Made by a program: the position numbers and the translations under genes. A stretch of 36,348 bases of DNA from Octopus bimaculoides (lineage: Eukaryota). The stretch is taken from NCBI RefSeq assembly GCF_001194135.2, contig NC_068986.1, positions 38,713,400 through 38,749,747 of the forward strand. The letters are read 5' to 3'. The stretch's first letter is position 1. Each line of letters starts with the position of its first letter. Positions 11,672 through 22,872 of this stretch are shown one piece after another. A model generated the notes under the pieces. The model was not told where the DNA came from and did not search any database. It saw only the letters and a list, made by a program, of their open reading frames with translations.

Positions 11672-12852
11672 CAGGTCTTCGCAAGCAGAGTTTAGTGTCC
11701 AATGAAGGAGAAGTTGGCATGGGTGCCAAACTGAATCCGACAACTGGCACCCATGCCAACCTCTCCTTCATTGGACACTAAACTCTGCTTGTAAAGACCT
11801 GTTGGGGCGGACCATATTCGATGACTGGCACCTGCTCCAGTGGAGCACTAACAGCACTGTCGAGTGTGTTCATTGCCAGAGCAGCTGTCTGGCTTCCATG
11901 CTAGTGGACCATAAATAGCACCATTTGAGTGTAATCGTTACCAGCGTTGCCGGATCTATTTTAAAACGGGGGCCACATTTTTCATTAATGTTTTACGTAG
12001 TGTTTTTGGTACGGAAAGACTTTCAAACTTCGTATACTTATCTATTTTGGGTTATAGAACAGAAAAATATTTTTGTATTTGAATTTATTTCATGTAAAAA
12101 ATTGTCTTATTTCGATAATTTCAACCAATCACTGACAAGTATTCAGTTGTTTACATTTACTCCTTTGGCTGATTAAGCGATGTAAAGCGTATTTAATTTC
12201 CATACCTTCGTTTTATTTGCTTTTTTCATTTTAAATTTGCTTTAACCCTAACCCTAACCCTATGGTTAGGGTTAGGGTTANNNNNNNNNNNNNNNNNNNN
12301 NNNNNNNNNNNNNNNNNNNNNNNNNNNNNNNNNNNNNNNNNNNNNNNNNNNNNNNNNNNNNNNNNNNNNNNNNNNNNNNNNNNNNNNNNNNNNNNNNNNN
12401 NNNNNNNNNNNNNNNNNNNNNNNNNNNNNNNNNNNNNNNNNNNNNNNNNNNNNNNNNNNNNNNNNNNNNNNNNNNNNNNNNNNNNNNNNNNNNAGGATCC
12501 GTGTTGCCTTCTAGCACTTGTTCTGGTGGCACGTTAGAAAATCATTTGAGCGAGGTCGTTGCCAGTGCCGCTGGACTGGCTCCCGTGCAGGTGGCATATA
12601 AAAAATACCTTTTTGAGCATGGCCGTTGCCAGTACCGTGTGACTGACCCTCATGCCGCTGGCACGTAAAAGCACCCTCTACACTCTCGGAGTGGTTGGCG
12701 TTAGGAAGGGCATCCAGCTGTAGAAACTCTGCCAGGTCAGATTGGAGCCTGGTGCAGCCTTCTGGCTTGCCAGTCCTCAGTCAAATCGTCCAACCCATGC
12801 TAGCATGGAAAGCGGACGTTAAACGATGATGATGATGATGATGATGATGATG
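11672..12852 (+). mobile_element. RTE LINE 3'UTR copy with fold-back 5' end and nested MITE
   Basis: Homologous to 611-1130 and ends GGAAAGCGGACGTTAAACGATGATGAT. 57-bp inverted arms at 11672-11728 and 11745-11801. Interrupted at 11952-12500. Confidence 0.88.
11952..12500. mobile_element. GG-ended MITE with 8-bp TSD (Merlin- or hAT-like), containing telomeric-type repeats
   Basis: Starts GGATCTATTTTAAAACGGGGG and ends GGATCC. Flanks are GCGTTGCC / GTGTTGCC. The internal sequence matches 22578-22727. Partly in a gap. Confidence 0.78.
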
Positions 12853-13099
12853 ATATATATATATATATAGTGTACTGTTCTGTGATGGTAAGATCAATAA
12901 AAAAAAATACTCCATCTGGTGAGAGATAAATTTTATTTAATAAACAAAATATGTTTTTATGTGCTACTATTAGTTTCATGTGCTGGGGGCATGCCAGACA
13001 GTATTTTTATCACATCTGGTGTTCTAGAGCACAATCATCAGGCATTGTTCACATGGCAGCCATCTCCCCATGTACCCCCAGCAACCATCATCAGCTCCA

Positions 13100-13510
13100 A
13101 ACTATGTGGTTTTAAGTTCAGTCTCAATGCACGGCATCTTAGGCAAGTGTCTTCTACAATAGCCCCAGACTGACCAAAGCCTTGTGAGTGAATTTGATAG
13201 ATGGTAACTGAAAGAAGCCTATTGTATATGTATATATAGCTATGTACATGTCTATGTGCATGTGTGTGACTTTGTGTCTCTTTGTCATGTCATCACAGGA
13301 TAGTTATCCTCATAAATGAGTGTCACAAGCGTACAAGCAGAATCCTTCATTTCCAGTTCGCCAGGAAAATATGTCTGGAATTATCTTGCTTGGGAAGAGA
13401 TAAGTGTTGGCAACAGGAAGAGCTTCTGCCTCAAAAAATTTTGTCTGAAACATGCAAGTATGGAACAGTGGAAATTAAAGTGATGACAACGATGATGATG
13501 ACGACGATAC
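13100..13510 (+). mobile_element. SINE (family B) with (GAT)n tail
   Basis: GTTCAGTC...GGCAAGTGTCTTCTAC...GACCAAAGCCTTGTGAGTG, a central microsatellite, and GGTTGGCAACAGGAAG...GATGACAACGATGATG. Confidence 0.75.
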
Positions 13511-13778
13511 ATACAGCAGATGTCTGCACATTTATTTTGGTTACCAAATTACAGTCACAAGATATTGGTTAAGTCAAGGTTATGGTAGAAGACACTTGTC
13601 CAAGTATGAAACTTGAAACCACTTAGTTGTAAAACAAACTTCTTAACAAAAAAATAAAACTTTACACACACACACACATACATTTATGTATGTACATGTT
13701 TGTGGATCTGTCTGTGTGAATATGTGAGTGTTCACTTGTAAGTTCATTTCAAATGATATTTTATTTCTTTTTCTTTTT

Positions 13779-13920
13779 CTACTACTACTACTACTACTAC
13801 TACCATTACTACTATTACCATTACCATCACCACCGCCACCACCGGCTGCTGCAGCTGCTAGTAGTAGTAGTAGTAGTGGTAGTGGTAGTGGTAGTAGTGG
13901 TAGTGTCACTATTACTACTA
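13779..13920. repeat. (CTA)n-(CAC/GCT)-(TAG/TGG)n trinucleotide tract
   Basis: Directly visible. Source of the spurious poly-Y/S/V/L ORFs. Confidence 0.9.
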
Positions 13921-14274
13921 GTTGTACTCATCTTATCGCACAGAGCCACGGCTTCCCAGAATCACTCACTCTCCTCATATTTCATACGAGACAATAGTTA
14001 CACTATTAATAAACCTTTATCAGTAAAGGGTTAACATGTATGGGAATGAAACCTTTTCTTTCAAACTTCTTCAGCTCAGGAATCTTTATAATTTATGAAA
14101 TCTTTCTTTACTACAACTGTCTAAGAAAACAAAACGACTAGATATCACAAGGGAAGAAAATTCTGTCCCCACCCCAAAATGGGGTAGCATTCGTTTTTGC
14201 TTTTGAATTCTTTCAGTCAACAATGTTTGTAGTACAAGTTGTTACTTATAAATAACAATAAAGCAACAAACAGA

Positions 14275-14435
14275 CAGACTCATTAGCACGCCAGACAAAA
14301 TGCGTAACAATATTTCATCCATCTTTACATTCTGAGTTCAAATTCTGCAACAGTTGACTTTGCCTATCACCCTTATGAGGGTCAATGGAATAAGTACCAG
14401 TTGAGCACTGGAGTCAACATAATCAACTAACCCCA
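14275..14435 (+). mobile_element. tRNA-type SINE (family A), diverged
   Basis: TTAGCACGCC..AAAATGC...CTGAGTTCAAATTCTGC..GTTGACTTTGCC...AATAAGTACCAGTTGAGCACTGG. Confidence 0.7.
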
Positions 14436-14796
14436 TCTCTCTCATCCAAATTTCACTCCTTGTGCCTCGTATAGAAGAAAAGATTTTTTCATGACAATGA
14501 TAATCTGAAAAACTGAGACAGTGTTAATGAATAATATCTTTATTATATAAGAATTACTTCAGTTTTTCTTTTGGAGTGCAGGGCAGCAAGGAATGAGGGG
14601 GAGGGGTGCAATTTTTAATAAAATTTTAAGGACTTATCCATATTTTCTTTTAATGCTTGCTTTTCTTAATTTCTGTGTACTGTACACATACATCTATCTT
14701 TCATTGTCTTTTATTTTACTTGACTTATATATCTGCTCTCTGTCTCCTCTTTTAACCTTCTCCAACAAATTGTAAGCACTACATACAATAAGCTCA

Positions 14797-15085
14797 TTAT
14801 TACCCTGCACACATAACTAAAACAGGGTATTATAATCACTTGTCTTACTCTGTTTGTCTGTGTGTTTGCAAAATTACTGGAAAACAGCTGAGTGAATTTT
14901 TACCAAATTTGGCAGAAATACTCATTTGGTGAGTGACCCACAATGATGAAAATTTGGTTTGATTATCTTCAAAACTAGTGGGCAGGTGAATCAAAATGTT
15001 TTGACTGAGCAGATTTTTCGCGAAAGAATTTATGTGCACACAGGGTATGCATCGTTTTGGCATGTTCTCAGCACAAGAATCTATT
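14797..15085 (+). mobile_element. Non-autonomous Helentron/DINE-1-like (HINE-type) element
   Basis: 5' TTATTACCCTGC..CAGGGTAT hairpin, a (TCTG/TGTG) tract, and a second CAGGGTATG sub-terminal repeat at 15041. This is DINE-1/HINE architecture. Another CAGGGTATGCATCG end lies near 15946. Confidence 0.5.
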
Positions 15086-17052
15086 ACTAGCACATAAAAA
15101 CATGTATATGTTTATTAAATACTATTTATCATTCACCAGATGGAATACTTTCTTTGTTGATCTTACCATCACAGAACAGTACACTATATATATATATATA
15201 TATATATATATNNNNNNNNNNNNNNNNNNNNNNNNNNNNNNNNNNNNNNNNNNNNNNNNNNNNNNNNNNNNNNNNNNNNNNNNNNNNNNNNNNNNNNNNN
15301 NNNNNNNNNNNNNNNNNNNNNNNNNNNNNNNNNNNNNNNNNNNNNNNNNNNNNNNNNNNNNNNNNNNNNNNNNNNNNNNNNNNNNNNNNNNNNNNNNNNN
15401 NNNNNNNNNGTGTGTGTGTGTGTGTGCGTGCGTGTGTGTGTACAGTCATAGATTTGAGGTTTCGTTTATTTATGAGTTGATTTCTTAGTTTCAGTGGAAT
15501 ATAAATACCTAGAATGGTGATACTTACAAAAAAATGAATAAAATTTTTTTTAAATCAACCTTACAAATTTCCCGATAAGCAAGTGATCATATTATTTATA
15601 TCCTACAATGAACTACAGTATGTTTGTTTCCCCAACAATCATTGAAAGACATTGAAGATACTTCTCAAATTCTATGCAATATTTTGTATAAGTATTTCAT
15701 TTTGTTCATTTTCTTTTTCATAATCATGATTATTATTTGAATAATCATTTATTTAGTCAGATGCAAATTTTACTCATGTGTTTGGCATAGACATCGATCA
15801 AGTCTACTTTTAGTTGTCATCTACTTAGGCATCTAATCCTCTTTTAGTCAACCACTTACAAAGCTTAATTCAGTTCAATTAAAAAGCTTGGGTAAGCAAC
15901 ACATTGTAAGCCATACTATAATTTGCAAAAAAATTATCTGCATGCAGGGTATGCATCGCCCACCAATGCAGTTTTTTCATTATTTTTAAGATGCCATCAT
16001 TTATTTATATGTAATTTTTCTTTATATTGTGAATGGGAATTTTGAATTATTTTTATATTGTTTTCTCTTCCTTACAAAATTGTTTTTTAGTTAAATGATA
16101 CATTGATGAGATACATTGATGAAATACAATTTCAAAGACCCCAATTAGACATTGGAAGAGGAGGATAAAATTTTTTTTAGAAAAACCAACATTTCTTTTT
16201 TACTGACTTAAAACCAAATTCATATTTGGTGAAATTCAATTTGAGTTTTACTCAGAATTTCATAGTTTTTAAAATTTTTTTACTGGTCCGATTATCTATC
16301 CCAATGTTATGAACTGAGAAAAATTTTGAATTGAAAAATATTTTGAATTGAAAATAACTGTAAAAGAAAACAAAACTTCAGTAAGTAAAAAAAGACTGTA
16401 AAATAAACTTCAATATAAATCTCACCACAGAATCTTTATATTTTTTTATTCATTTTTTTTTGTTTTGTTTTTTTAGGCTCACAATCAAATGAAATGCTGC
16501 CCTGTGTGCTGAACAGTGCAGGAGGACCTAAAGCTACATAATCAAGCGATATGACATCAGTGAACCAGTTGTAATTGCTCTGAATTCTTTGCAGCCAGAT
16601 ATAGTTCAGAGGCCTTAGAAGCCAGCTGCATAATGCAGATAATAAAATAACTGATGTTTTGAAGTTTGTACTGTTGCAGTAAAACGATCTTATCATTTTT
16701 GACTGTGGTGATGACGTTTTAGTAACACAAAAAGGTCTATAACTTGATACATATAAGCTCAAATTTAATACAAGGTTCCTAAGATCATTTCATTAAGCTA
16801 ATATGTTTATCTGTCCTCTAAAAAAAGAAATACAAAATTTTCCTTTCACACTGATTGTCTGAACCATCAATTACTTTCCTAATGTAAGTTCTTTATATTG
16901 TTGATAGAGGCAGTGGTGGTGGTGATGGCAATACAATAGGCTTCTTTCAGTTTCCATCTCCCAAATCCATTCATGAGGCTTTGATTAGCTGAGGGCTATA
17001 GTAGAAGACGCTTGCCCAAAGGTGAAAATAATATTGTTTCTATATTGTTTGT

Positions 17053-17215
17053 GAAGGCAATGGCCTAATGGTTAGAGTTTTGGGATAATGAATGTTAGGG
17101 TGTGGATTCAATTCTCAACCAGGTGATACACTGTGTCCTTGAGCAAAACACTTTATTTTTAATTGCTCATCCACTTGAAAATAAGTACCAGTCTAAACGT
17201 CTTGAAAAGCTGAAT
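17053..17215 (+). mobile_element. tRNA-type SINE fragment
   Basis: GGCCTAATGGTTAGAG (A-box-like), GGATTCAATTCTC (B-box-like), TGTGTCCTTGAGCAAAACACTTTA. Confidence 0.6.
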
Positions 17216-17334
17216 AAACTCCAGCCTCATGGGGCCTCAAGTCTGAGGTCCATGTTTCTATGTTCTATTTCCTTTTTTATTTTACCATTCTAACATCGCT
17301 TAAAATTCAGGCATAGGTGTAGGTGTTGTAAAAG

Positions 17335-17566
17335 GTGCAGGCATGACTGTGAGGTTTAGAGGTTTGCTTCCTAAACTTCATGGTTCTGGGTTCAGTCCTA
17401 CAGCATGGGGTCTTCTACTATTGACCCAGACTGACCAAAGCCATGTGAGTGGACTTAGTAGACAGAAACTGGAAAATGCCTGACATATAGGTGTGCATGC
17501 ACGTGCGTGCATACGTGTATGTGTGTGTGTGTGTGTGTCTGTTTCTGTGTGTGCGCACGTGTGTGT

Positions 17567-17619
<53 letters not shown>

Positions 17620-17910
17620 TGTGAGTTGGTATTTCTTTGTCTTGACACTGTGTAATAGTTGTAAATGAGTGTCACTGTCATACAAGCAGTGTCCTTCGTT
17701 TCCAATCTTCCATAAAAACATATAACTCTGGGGAAATATCATCTTACTTGGAAACAGGTGAGGGTTGGCAACAGGAAGAGTAACCAGTGGTAGAAAATCT
17801 GCAACAAATTTTATCTAGAACATGCAAACATGGAAAAGTAGTTGTTAAAATGATGATGGTGATGATGATGATGATGATGATAATGATGATGATGATGACA
17901 ATGATGATGA
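17335..17910 (+). mobile_element. SINE (family B) with central (TG)n and (GAT)n tail
   Basis: GCAGGCATGACTGTG..GGTTCTGGGTTCAGTCC..GACCAAAGCC.TGTGAGTGGA, (TG)n, GGGTTGGCAACAGGAAG, (GAT)n. Confidence 0.8.
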
Positions 17911-17940
17911 CAACAACTATGATTACGTGAATTTATTTTT

Positions 17941-18165
17941 CCTTTTACTTGTTCCAGTCATTACACTGTGGCTATGCTGGAGCGCCACCTTGAAGAATTT
18001 AGTCAAACAGAATGACCCTAATCCTTGTTCTTAAATCTGGTACTTATTCTATTGATTCTGTTCTTATTTTACCAATCCACTAAGTTATAGGGTTGTAAAC
18101 AAACCAACATTGGTTTTCAAATAGTAGTGGCAGACAAACACAATGACTACACACACACGCACACA
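17941..18165 (-). mobile_element. SINE 3' half (family B variant)
   Basis: Reverse complement of TTTGTC...AATAGAATAAGTACC...GGTGGCGCTCCAGCATAGCCACAGT..ATGACTGGAACAAGTAAAAG. Confidence 0.7.
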
Positions 18166-18651
18166 CACTTACTTAATCACTAACTCATAAATATGTACCG
18201 TAAGGTATATGAAGATTATATATATAGCGTTACTCCAGAATTATATATTTAGCTTAACTCTCATTCATCTTATATAGATTATGTTCATAGAGATTCTTAT
18301 TCAGAATTAATTAAAAACTAAATACATCTAACAACCAAATATTCAAAATAAATATAAGAACACATGTGGATGACATCAGATCTAATAATGAAATGTAACT
18401 ACTTCTAAAATTACAGTAGTTTATTTGCCCCTTATGTTTTTTTTTCCCCCTAAATAGTGATTTTCATCTGAAAATTTATATAAGCGCTGGCATGACTATG
18501 TGGTTAAGAAGCTCACTTTGCAACCAGGCCCATAGCATGCCTTATTGGGCAAATGCTTTCTACTAGAGTCCCAAACCAATCAATGCCTTATGAGTGAATT
18601 TGGTTGACAGAAACTGTGTAGAAATCCATCATATATGGAGATATATACACA

Positions 18652-19888
18652 CTGGATATTGCAGATAAATTGAAACAATTTTTACAATGCATAAAACTGG
18701 TCATAGATACTAAAATAAAGGTAGTAGACAGACATAATTTTAATGTAATATTTATTACAAAAACATTTATCACTCAATATGGCCGCTTTTTGGGCCATTA
18801 CTGCCTCCATATGAGAACGAAATATTTTGCAGCTGCCGCAACCCCCACCCTTTTAGATTTTGTGTGTTGCATGCACAATGCAGGTCTTCAAACTGCTTGA
18901 AATATGATCCATAAAAAGTAATCAAGAAGGTTGAGATCTGAGCTATTACTGGGCCAGGTGTTGGCCATCACGAAAAATAGCACTTTCTCACCATGGAAGA
19001 CCTGTATTACTTTTGACCCATGGCATGATGCAGAACCCTGGATAAGTACCACATTGTTCAAGCCTAAACTTCTGCTCCATCCAAGGTAACAGAGTTCTTC
19101 AGAATGTCCATATACTCCTTTGTGCTGATCTTCAAGCCAGACTCAATGAAGTGGGGATCCATGACACTTCCATCACTCACCACAACTCCAAATACCATCA
19201 CAGGGACAGGATTCTTAGTCTCAAACACACTGGGGTCATCAGAAGGGTTGTATGCAATCACTCAAGAATTTCTGCATTTCACTTCAGCAGCCACAGTGAA
19301 CTTCTTCTCATCCACAAACACAAGAGGTCTTCTTGCACCTTGACGCTTGATGAATGACAGAAGCTTTGGCTCTGATTGCTTTGGCCTTGACTATTAGGAG
19401 GCGATGGCATCGTCAAACATAGCTAGTCATGCCAAAGTTCCTGCTCACAGCTGTGGACCTCGTGGAAAGGGACACATTGTATTTCTATGCAAGAGTTGTC
19501 ATGGATGTGGATGAGTTGGCTTCAGTTGAGTATTTGAGGCCAACGACAAACTTTGGATTGTACTTGGAATCACTTTAAGTCTTGTGTTCTTTTCTATCAA
19601 TCTTTTTCTCTTCTTTGAACTGTTTATACATACAATAAACTATTGCTTTTGAAAATTTTATCAACTTAACAATTCTATTGGCAGTGTGCCCAGCACATGC
19701 CAAAACAACAATGGTGGAACGATTCCGTTGTTCCATGATTTTTTGTTGTTGAATCAGTTCGCTACTTACCTGAAAAATAAAGAGGTGGATTAGGTTTTCA
19801 AGAAAGCAAGAATTTGTCAAAAAAATGAAATGTTAAACCCACTAGGTCAACTGCTTAAAATTGATCTCAATTTATCTGCAAGACCCTG
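18652..19888 (-). mobile_element. Near full-length Tc1/mariner DD37D (maT) DNA transposon
   Basis: Imperfect TIRs: C(A/T)GG.T.TTGCAGATAAATTGA.A.CAATTTT at both ends. About 1.24 kb, with a transposase relic between the TIRs. Confidence 0.82.
18770..19736 (-). pseudogene. DD37D transposase pseudogene
   Basis: MEQRNRSTIVVLACAGHTANRIVKLIK (HTH); FVDEKKFTV (D1); TKNPVPVMVFGVVVSDG; IQGSASCH (D2 mutated to G); WPSNSSDLNLLDY (D3). Exactly 37 residues lie between the D2 and D3 positions. Ends SGHIE*. Frameshifts and stops are present. Confidence 0.85.
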
Positions 19889-20127
19889 TGTGTGTGTGTG
19901 TCTTTGTCCCTCCACTGCTTGGAAACTGATGTTGTTCTGTTTATGTCCCCAGTAATTTCATGGTTATGCAAAAGAGCTTAATAGAATAAGTACGATTTTT
20001 TTTTTTTTCAAATTAAGTATTGGGTTTGATTTGGTCAACTAAACCCTCAAGATGGTGTCTTAAGGTTGCTTCAGTCTAATGACAGAGAAGTAGATGATAA
20101 AAGATAGTAAGCTTTAAATATATTGAC

Positions 20128-20485
20128 TCCAAATTTTGGCACAAGGCAAGCAATTTAGGGTGTTGAGGTAAGTCAATTGCATCAACTCCAGTAATCAACT
20201 TGTATTTATTTTATCATTCTTGAAAAGATAAAAGACAAATCGACCTTGGCAGGATTTGAACTCAGAATGCAAAGATGGACAAAATGCCACCAAGCATTTT
20301 TTCCAGCATGTTAATGATTCTTTTCTACTCTAGGCACAAGGGAGGGAGCCAGTCGATTAGATCGACCCCAATACTCAACTGGTACTTAATTTATCGATCC
20401 CGAAAGGATGAAAGGTAAAGTCGACCCCAGCAGAATTTGAAGTCAGAACGTAAAGACTGGCATACTAACGATTCTGCAACCTTGC
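20128..20485 (-). mobile_element. Two adjacent family-A SINE copies (20128-20310, 20320-20485)
   Basis: GGATTTGAACTCAGAA / GAATTTGAAGTCAGAACG, CCCGAAAGGATGAAAGG, GGCACAAG ends. Confidence 0.72.
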
Positions 20486-20879
20486 TCCCCTAGTAAGTAT
20501 TAAATATATTGAACAAACCTCAAAAGTATTCTAGCTTTGACCATTCCATCAATTTGTAAATCTAAGACTACAATACCCAATGTGATCTTCCAAATTATTA
20601 AAAAAAAATTTTTTTATAACTGAATTATACTAACTTAATGTAGGAAACATAAAATCTACAATTAATTAAGTCTATACCTGTATTAAGCTGTATAACACCG
20701 CAAACCCAAACTATAAGGGAGACAACTCTAAGCAAAAAATTAAAATGACACATCCGAGTAAATTAAAATTGGAAACATTAAAATTAATTAGATTTAGAAA
20801 TAGAATGAATATTTTGCATTAGCAATTGCTTTTTTAACTAAATTTTTATGCTTGTGCTTGAATGATAACGTACATCAAC

Positions 20880-21330
20880 TATGTCAGCAAATATAAGGAA
20901 ATTTTTGCTTCAATGGAAAAGAAATGATGTTTGAAGTTGTCTCCCTTGTTTGTGGTAAATAGGCAAGGGACGTAACTCTAAACTACTAAATCACCATGTG
21001 TACAGCGTATAATTAGAACTAAAATGGGTTATACATTTACTCTTAATTCATTCCGCCAGATTCAAACGTAAATATGTTAATCCTTATCGTTTTTCGTCGA
21101 TAGAGGACAACTTCTCCTTTCGGAGATGCTCCTAACTCACTTGATTTATTAGTAAATCGAGTAAATCATGTGCACATATTCTCTATTGACGTGATGCAAC
21201 CTCGATTAGCATATACTCATTCGCATCTGCCAGAACGAATCAAAACTGAATATATGTTATCGTGATCAAAATAATATTAATAATTAAGTTAATAGCTTCT
21301 TAACAATATGAGTATTTTGGATTATATTTT
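20880..21330 (-). promoter_or_regulatory. Candidate promoter/first exon (CpG-retaining non-repeat segment)
   Basis: Visibly more CG dinucleotides than the flanks. Three GAGTTRYNTCCCTT-like motifs at 20715-20978. Minus-strand donor AA|GTGAGT at 21141/21140. No transcript evidence. Confidence 0.25.
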
Positions 21331-21394
21331 TGATGATGACTTCACTAAATACCTTAACACTAGTATGAGTATGGTCGCTTAATATATAAGCTAA

Positions 21395-21815
21395 GTCCTG
21401 AAAGAGCCAACAGCCAAAGCACCAAATTGCTGATCATGATAAACAGTCATCGATGGTCAGAACATGTAGCAAAAGTGGAAGAGTCAAGATTCTCACTCCA
21501 AGGCTTATTCAGAGAGCTCACTTCAATGGAAAGACCACGGGGTTGTCCTCTTTGAAGATACAAGGACGAACTCAAAGCAACACTAAAAGCCACTGGAATT
21601 GAGCCTAAATTGTAGCGGTGGGCCATCACCATCAGAAGCAAAAACTTTGAAGTCACCAGAAGAGAAAAGGAAGAAATTAAACAAGAGGAGAGAAAGGCTC
21701 AACAAAAATCAACCTTGACTTACACCATCATTGCCATGCAGTCAATGCTGTAGACTTTTCTATGCAAGAATTAGCCTACAGAATTATCAGTGCAATCACC
21801 ATAAAGGAAACGTTC
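21395..21815 (+). pseudogene. RTE LINE C-terminal relic with terminal zinc finger
   Basis: HRWSEHVAKVEESRF..GLFRELTSMERPRGCPL*RYKDELKATLKATGI...RKAQQK..PSLPCSQCCRLFYARISL, the RTE C-terminal pattern. Confidence 0.78.
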
Positions 21816-21869
21816 ATATAAGAAGAAATTAAATTCTCGGATATGAGATAAAGCCACCAACAACAACGA

Positions 21870-22577
21870 CAAATATTGATTTACTGCATAGGTACAAGAC
21901 TATAGATTTGCAGAGCGGAAGCTGTTAATTGTATCATCGTCAGTATTTGACTGATAGATATTTTATTGATCCCAGCAAGTTGAAAATAAAAATCAACCTT
22001 GACAAGAATTGGACGAAGAATGTAACACGATGTAATTAAATATAGGTTTCAAATATTGGCACAAGACCAGCAATTTCGGGAAGTGGGTAAAATATATATT
22101 ACTAATGTTTTCTTGAAATAAGAATGTTGTATCCAGCTTGAATAAATTGGTTTTAAATTTTGGCATGAGGTCAGCAATTTCAGGAGAAAAGCTAAGTCGA
22201 TTAAACTGACCCCACATGCATCATCGTCATCATCATCGTCGTCGTTTAACGTCCGCTTTCCATGCTGGATTGGACGATTTGACTGAGGACTGGCAAGTCA
22301 GAAGGCTGCACCAGGCTCCAATCTGATCTGGTAAGGTTTCTACAGCCGGATGCCCTTCCTAGCGCCAAACACTGAGAGTTTAGTGGGTGCTTTTTACGTG
22401 CCACTGGCACGAGGGCCAGTCAAGCGGTACTGGTATTGACCACGCTTATTTTATCAACCTCAAAAGGATGAAAGGCAAAGTTGACTCCAGCTGCATTTGA
22501 ACCCAAAACATAAAGTCAGACGAAAGGCCACTAAGAATTTGACCCAGCATGCTAACGATTCTGCCAACTCGCTGCCT
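21870..22577 (-). mobile_element. Cluster of family-A SINE pieces; one copy (~22150-22577) is interrupted by an RTE tail
   Basis: SINE head AGGCAGCGAGTTGGCAGAATCGTTAGCATG at the right end. The RTE tail occupies ~22216-22445. The SINE 3' part continues to the left. Confidence 0.7.
22216..22445 (-). mobile_element. RTE 3' tail insertion
   Basis: (CAT/CGT)n TTTAACGTCCGCTTTCCATGC...GGATGCCCTTCC...TTTTACGTGCCACTGGCACG. Confidence 0.85.
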
Positions 22578-22872
22578 GGATCTAGTTCAAAACGGGGGCA
22601 CCAGTTTTCATTTATGTTTTATGTAGTGTTTTTGGTACCGAAAGACTTTCAAACTTCGTATACTTATCTATTTTGTGTTATAGAACAGAAAAAAAATTTT
22701 GTATTCGAATTTATTTCATGTAAAAAANNNNNNNNNNCTTTTTTTTTTTTGTTAAGAAGACTAAGAGTAAAAGATGTTTTATATGACACATTCTACCAGT
22801 GTCCCAAGTTTCAAAGTGTTTCGTTAGTGTTTCGTTAAGAAAATACTGGTGCCCCCGTTTTAAAATAGATCC
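22578..22872. mobile_element. GG-ended MITE with 27-bp TIRs and perfect 8-bp TSD (same family as 11952-12500)
   Basis: TIR GGATCTA(G/T)TT(C/T)AAAACGGGGGCACCAG at both ends. TSD CGCTGCCT at 22570-22577 and 22873-22880. Centre lies in a gap. Confidence 0.88.

Larger units (their letters stand above)
18485..20105 (+). mobile_element. SINE (family B) split by the maT transposon: head 18485-18645, 3' half 19889-20105
   Basis: Head GGCATGACTATGTGGTTAAGAAG...GACAGAAACTG before the transposon. The SINE 3' half (TTTGTCCC...AATAGAATAAGTAC...ATGAC) resumes immediately after it. Confidence 0.7.

Noticed and set aside
12243-12280. Ancient telomere-telomere fusion site
   Set aside because: The repeat order is opposite to a fusion scar, the tract is short, and it lies within a TSD-flanked MITE.
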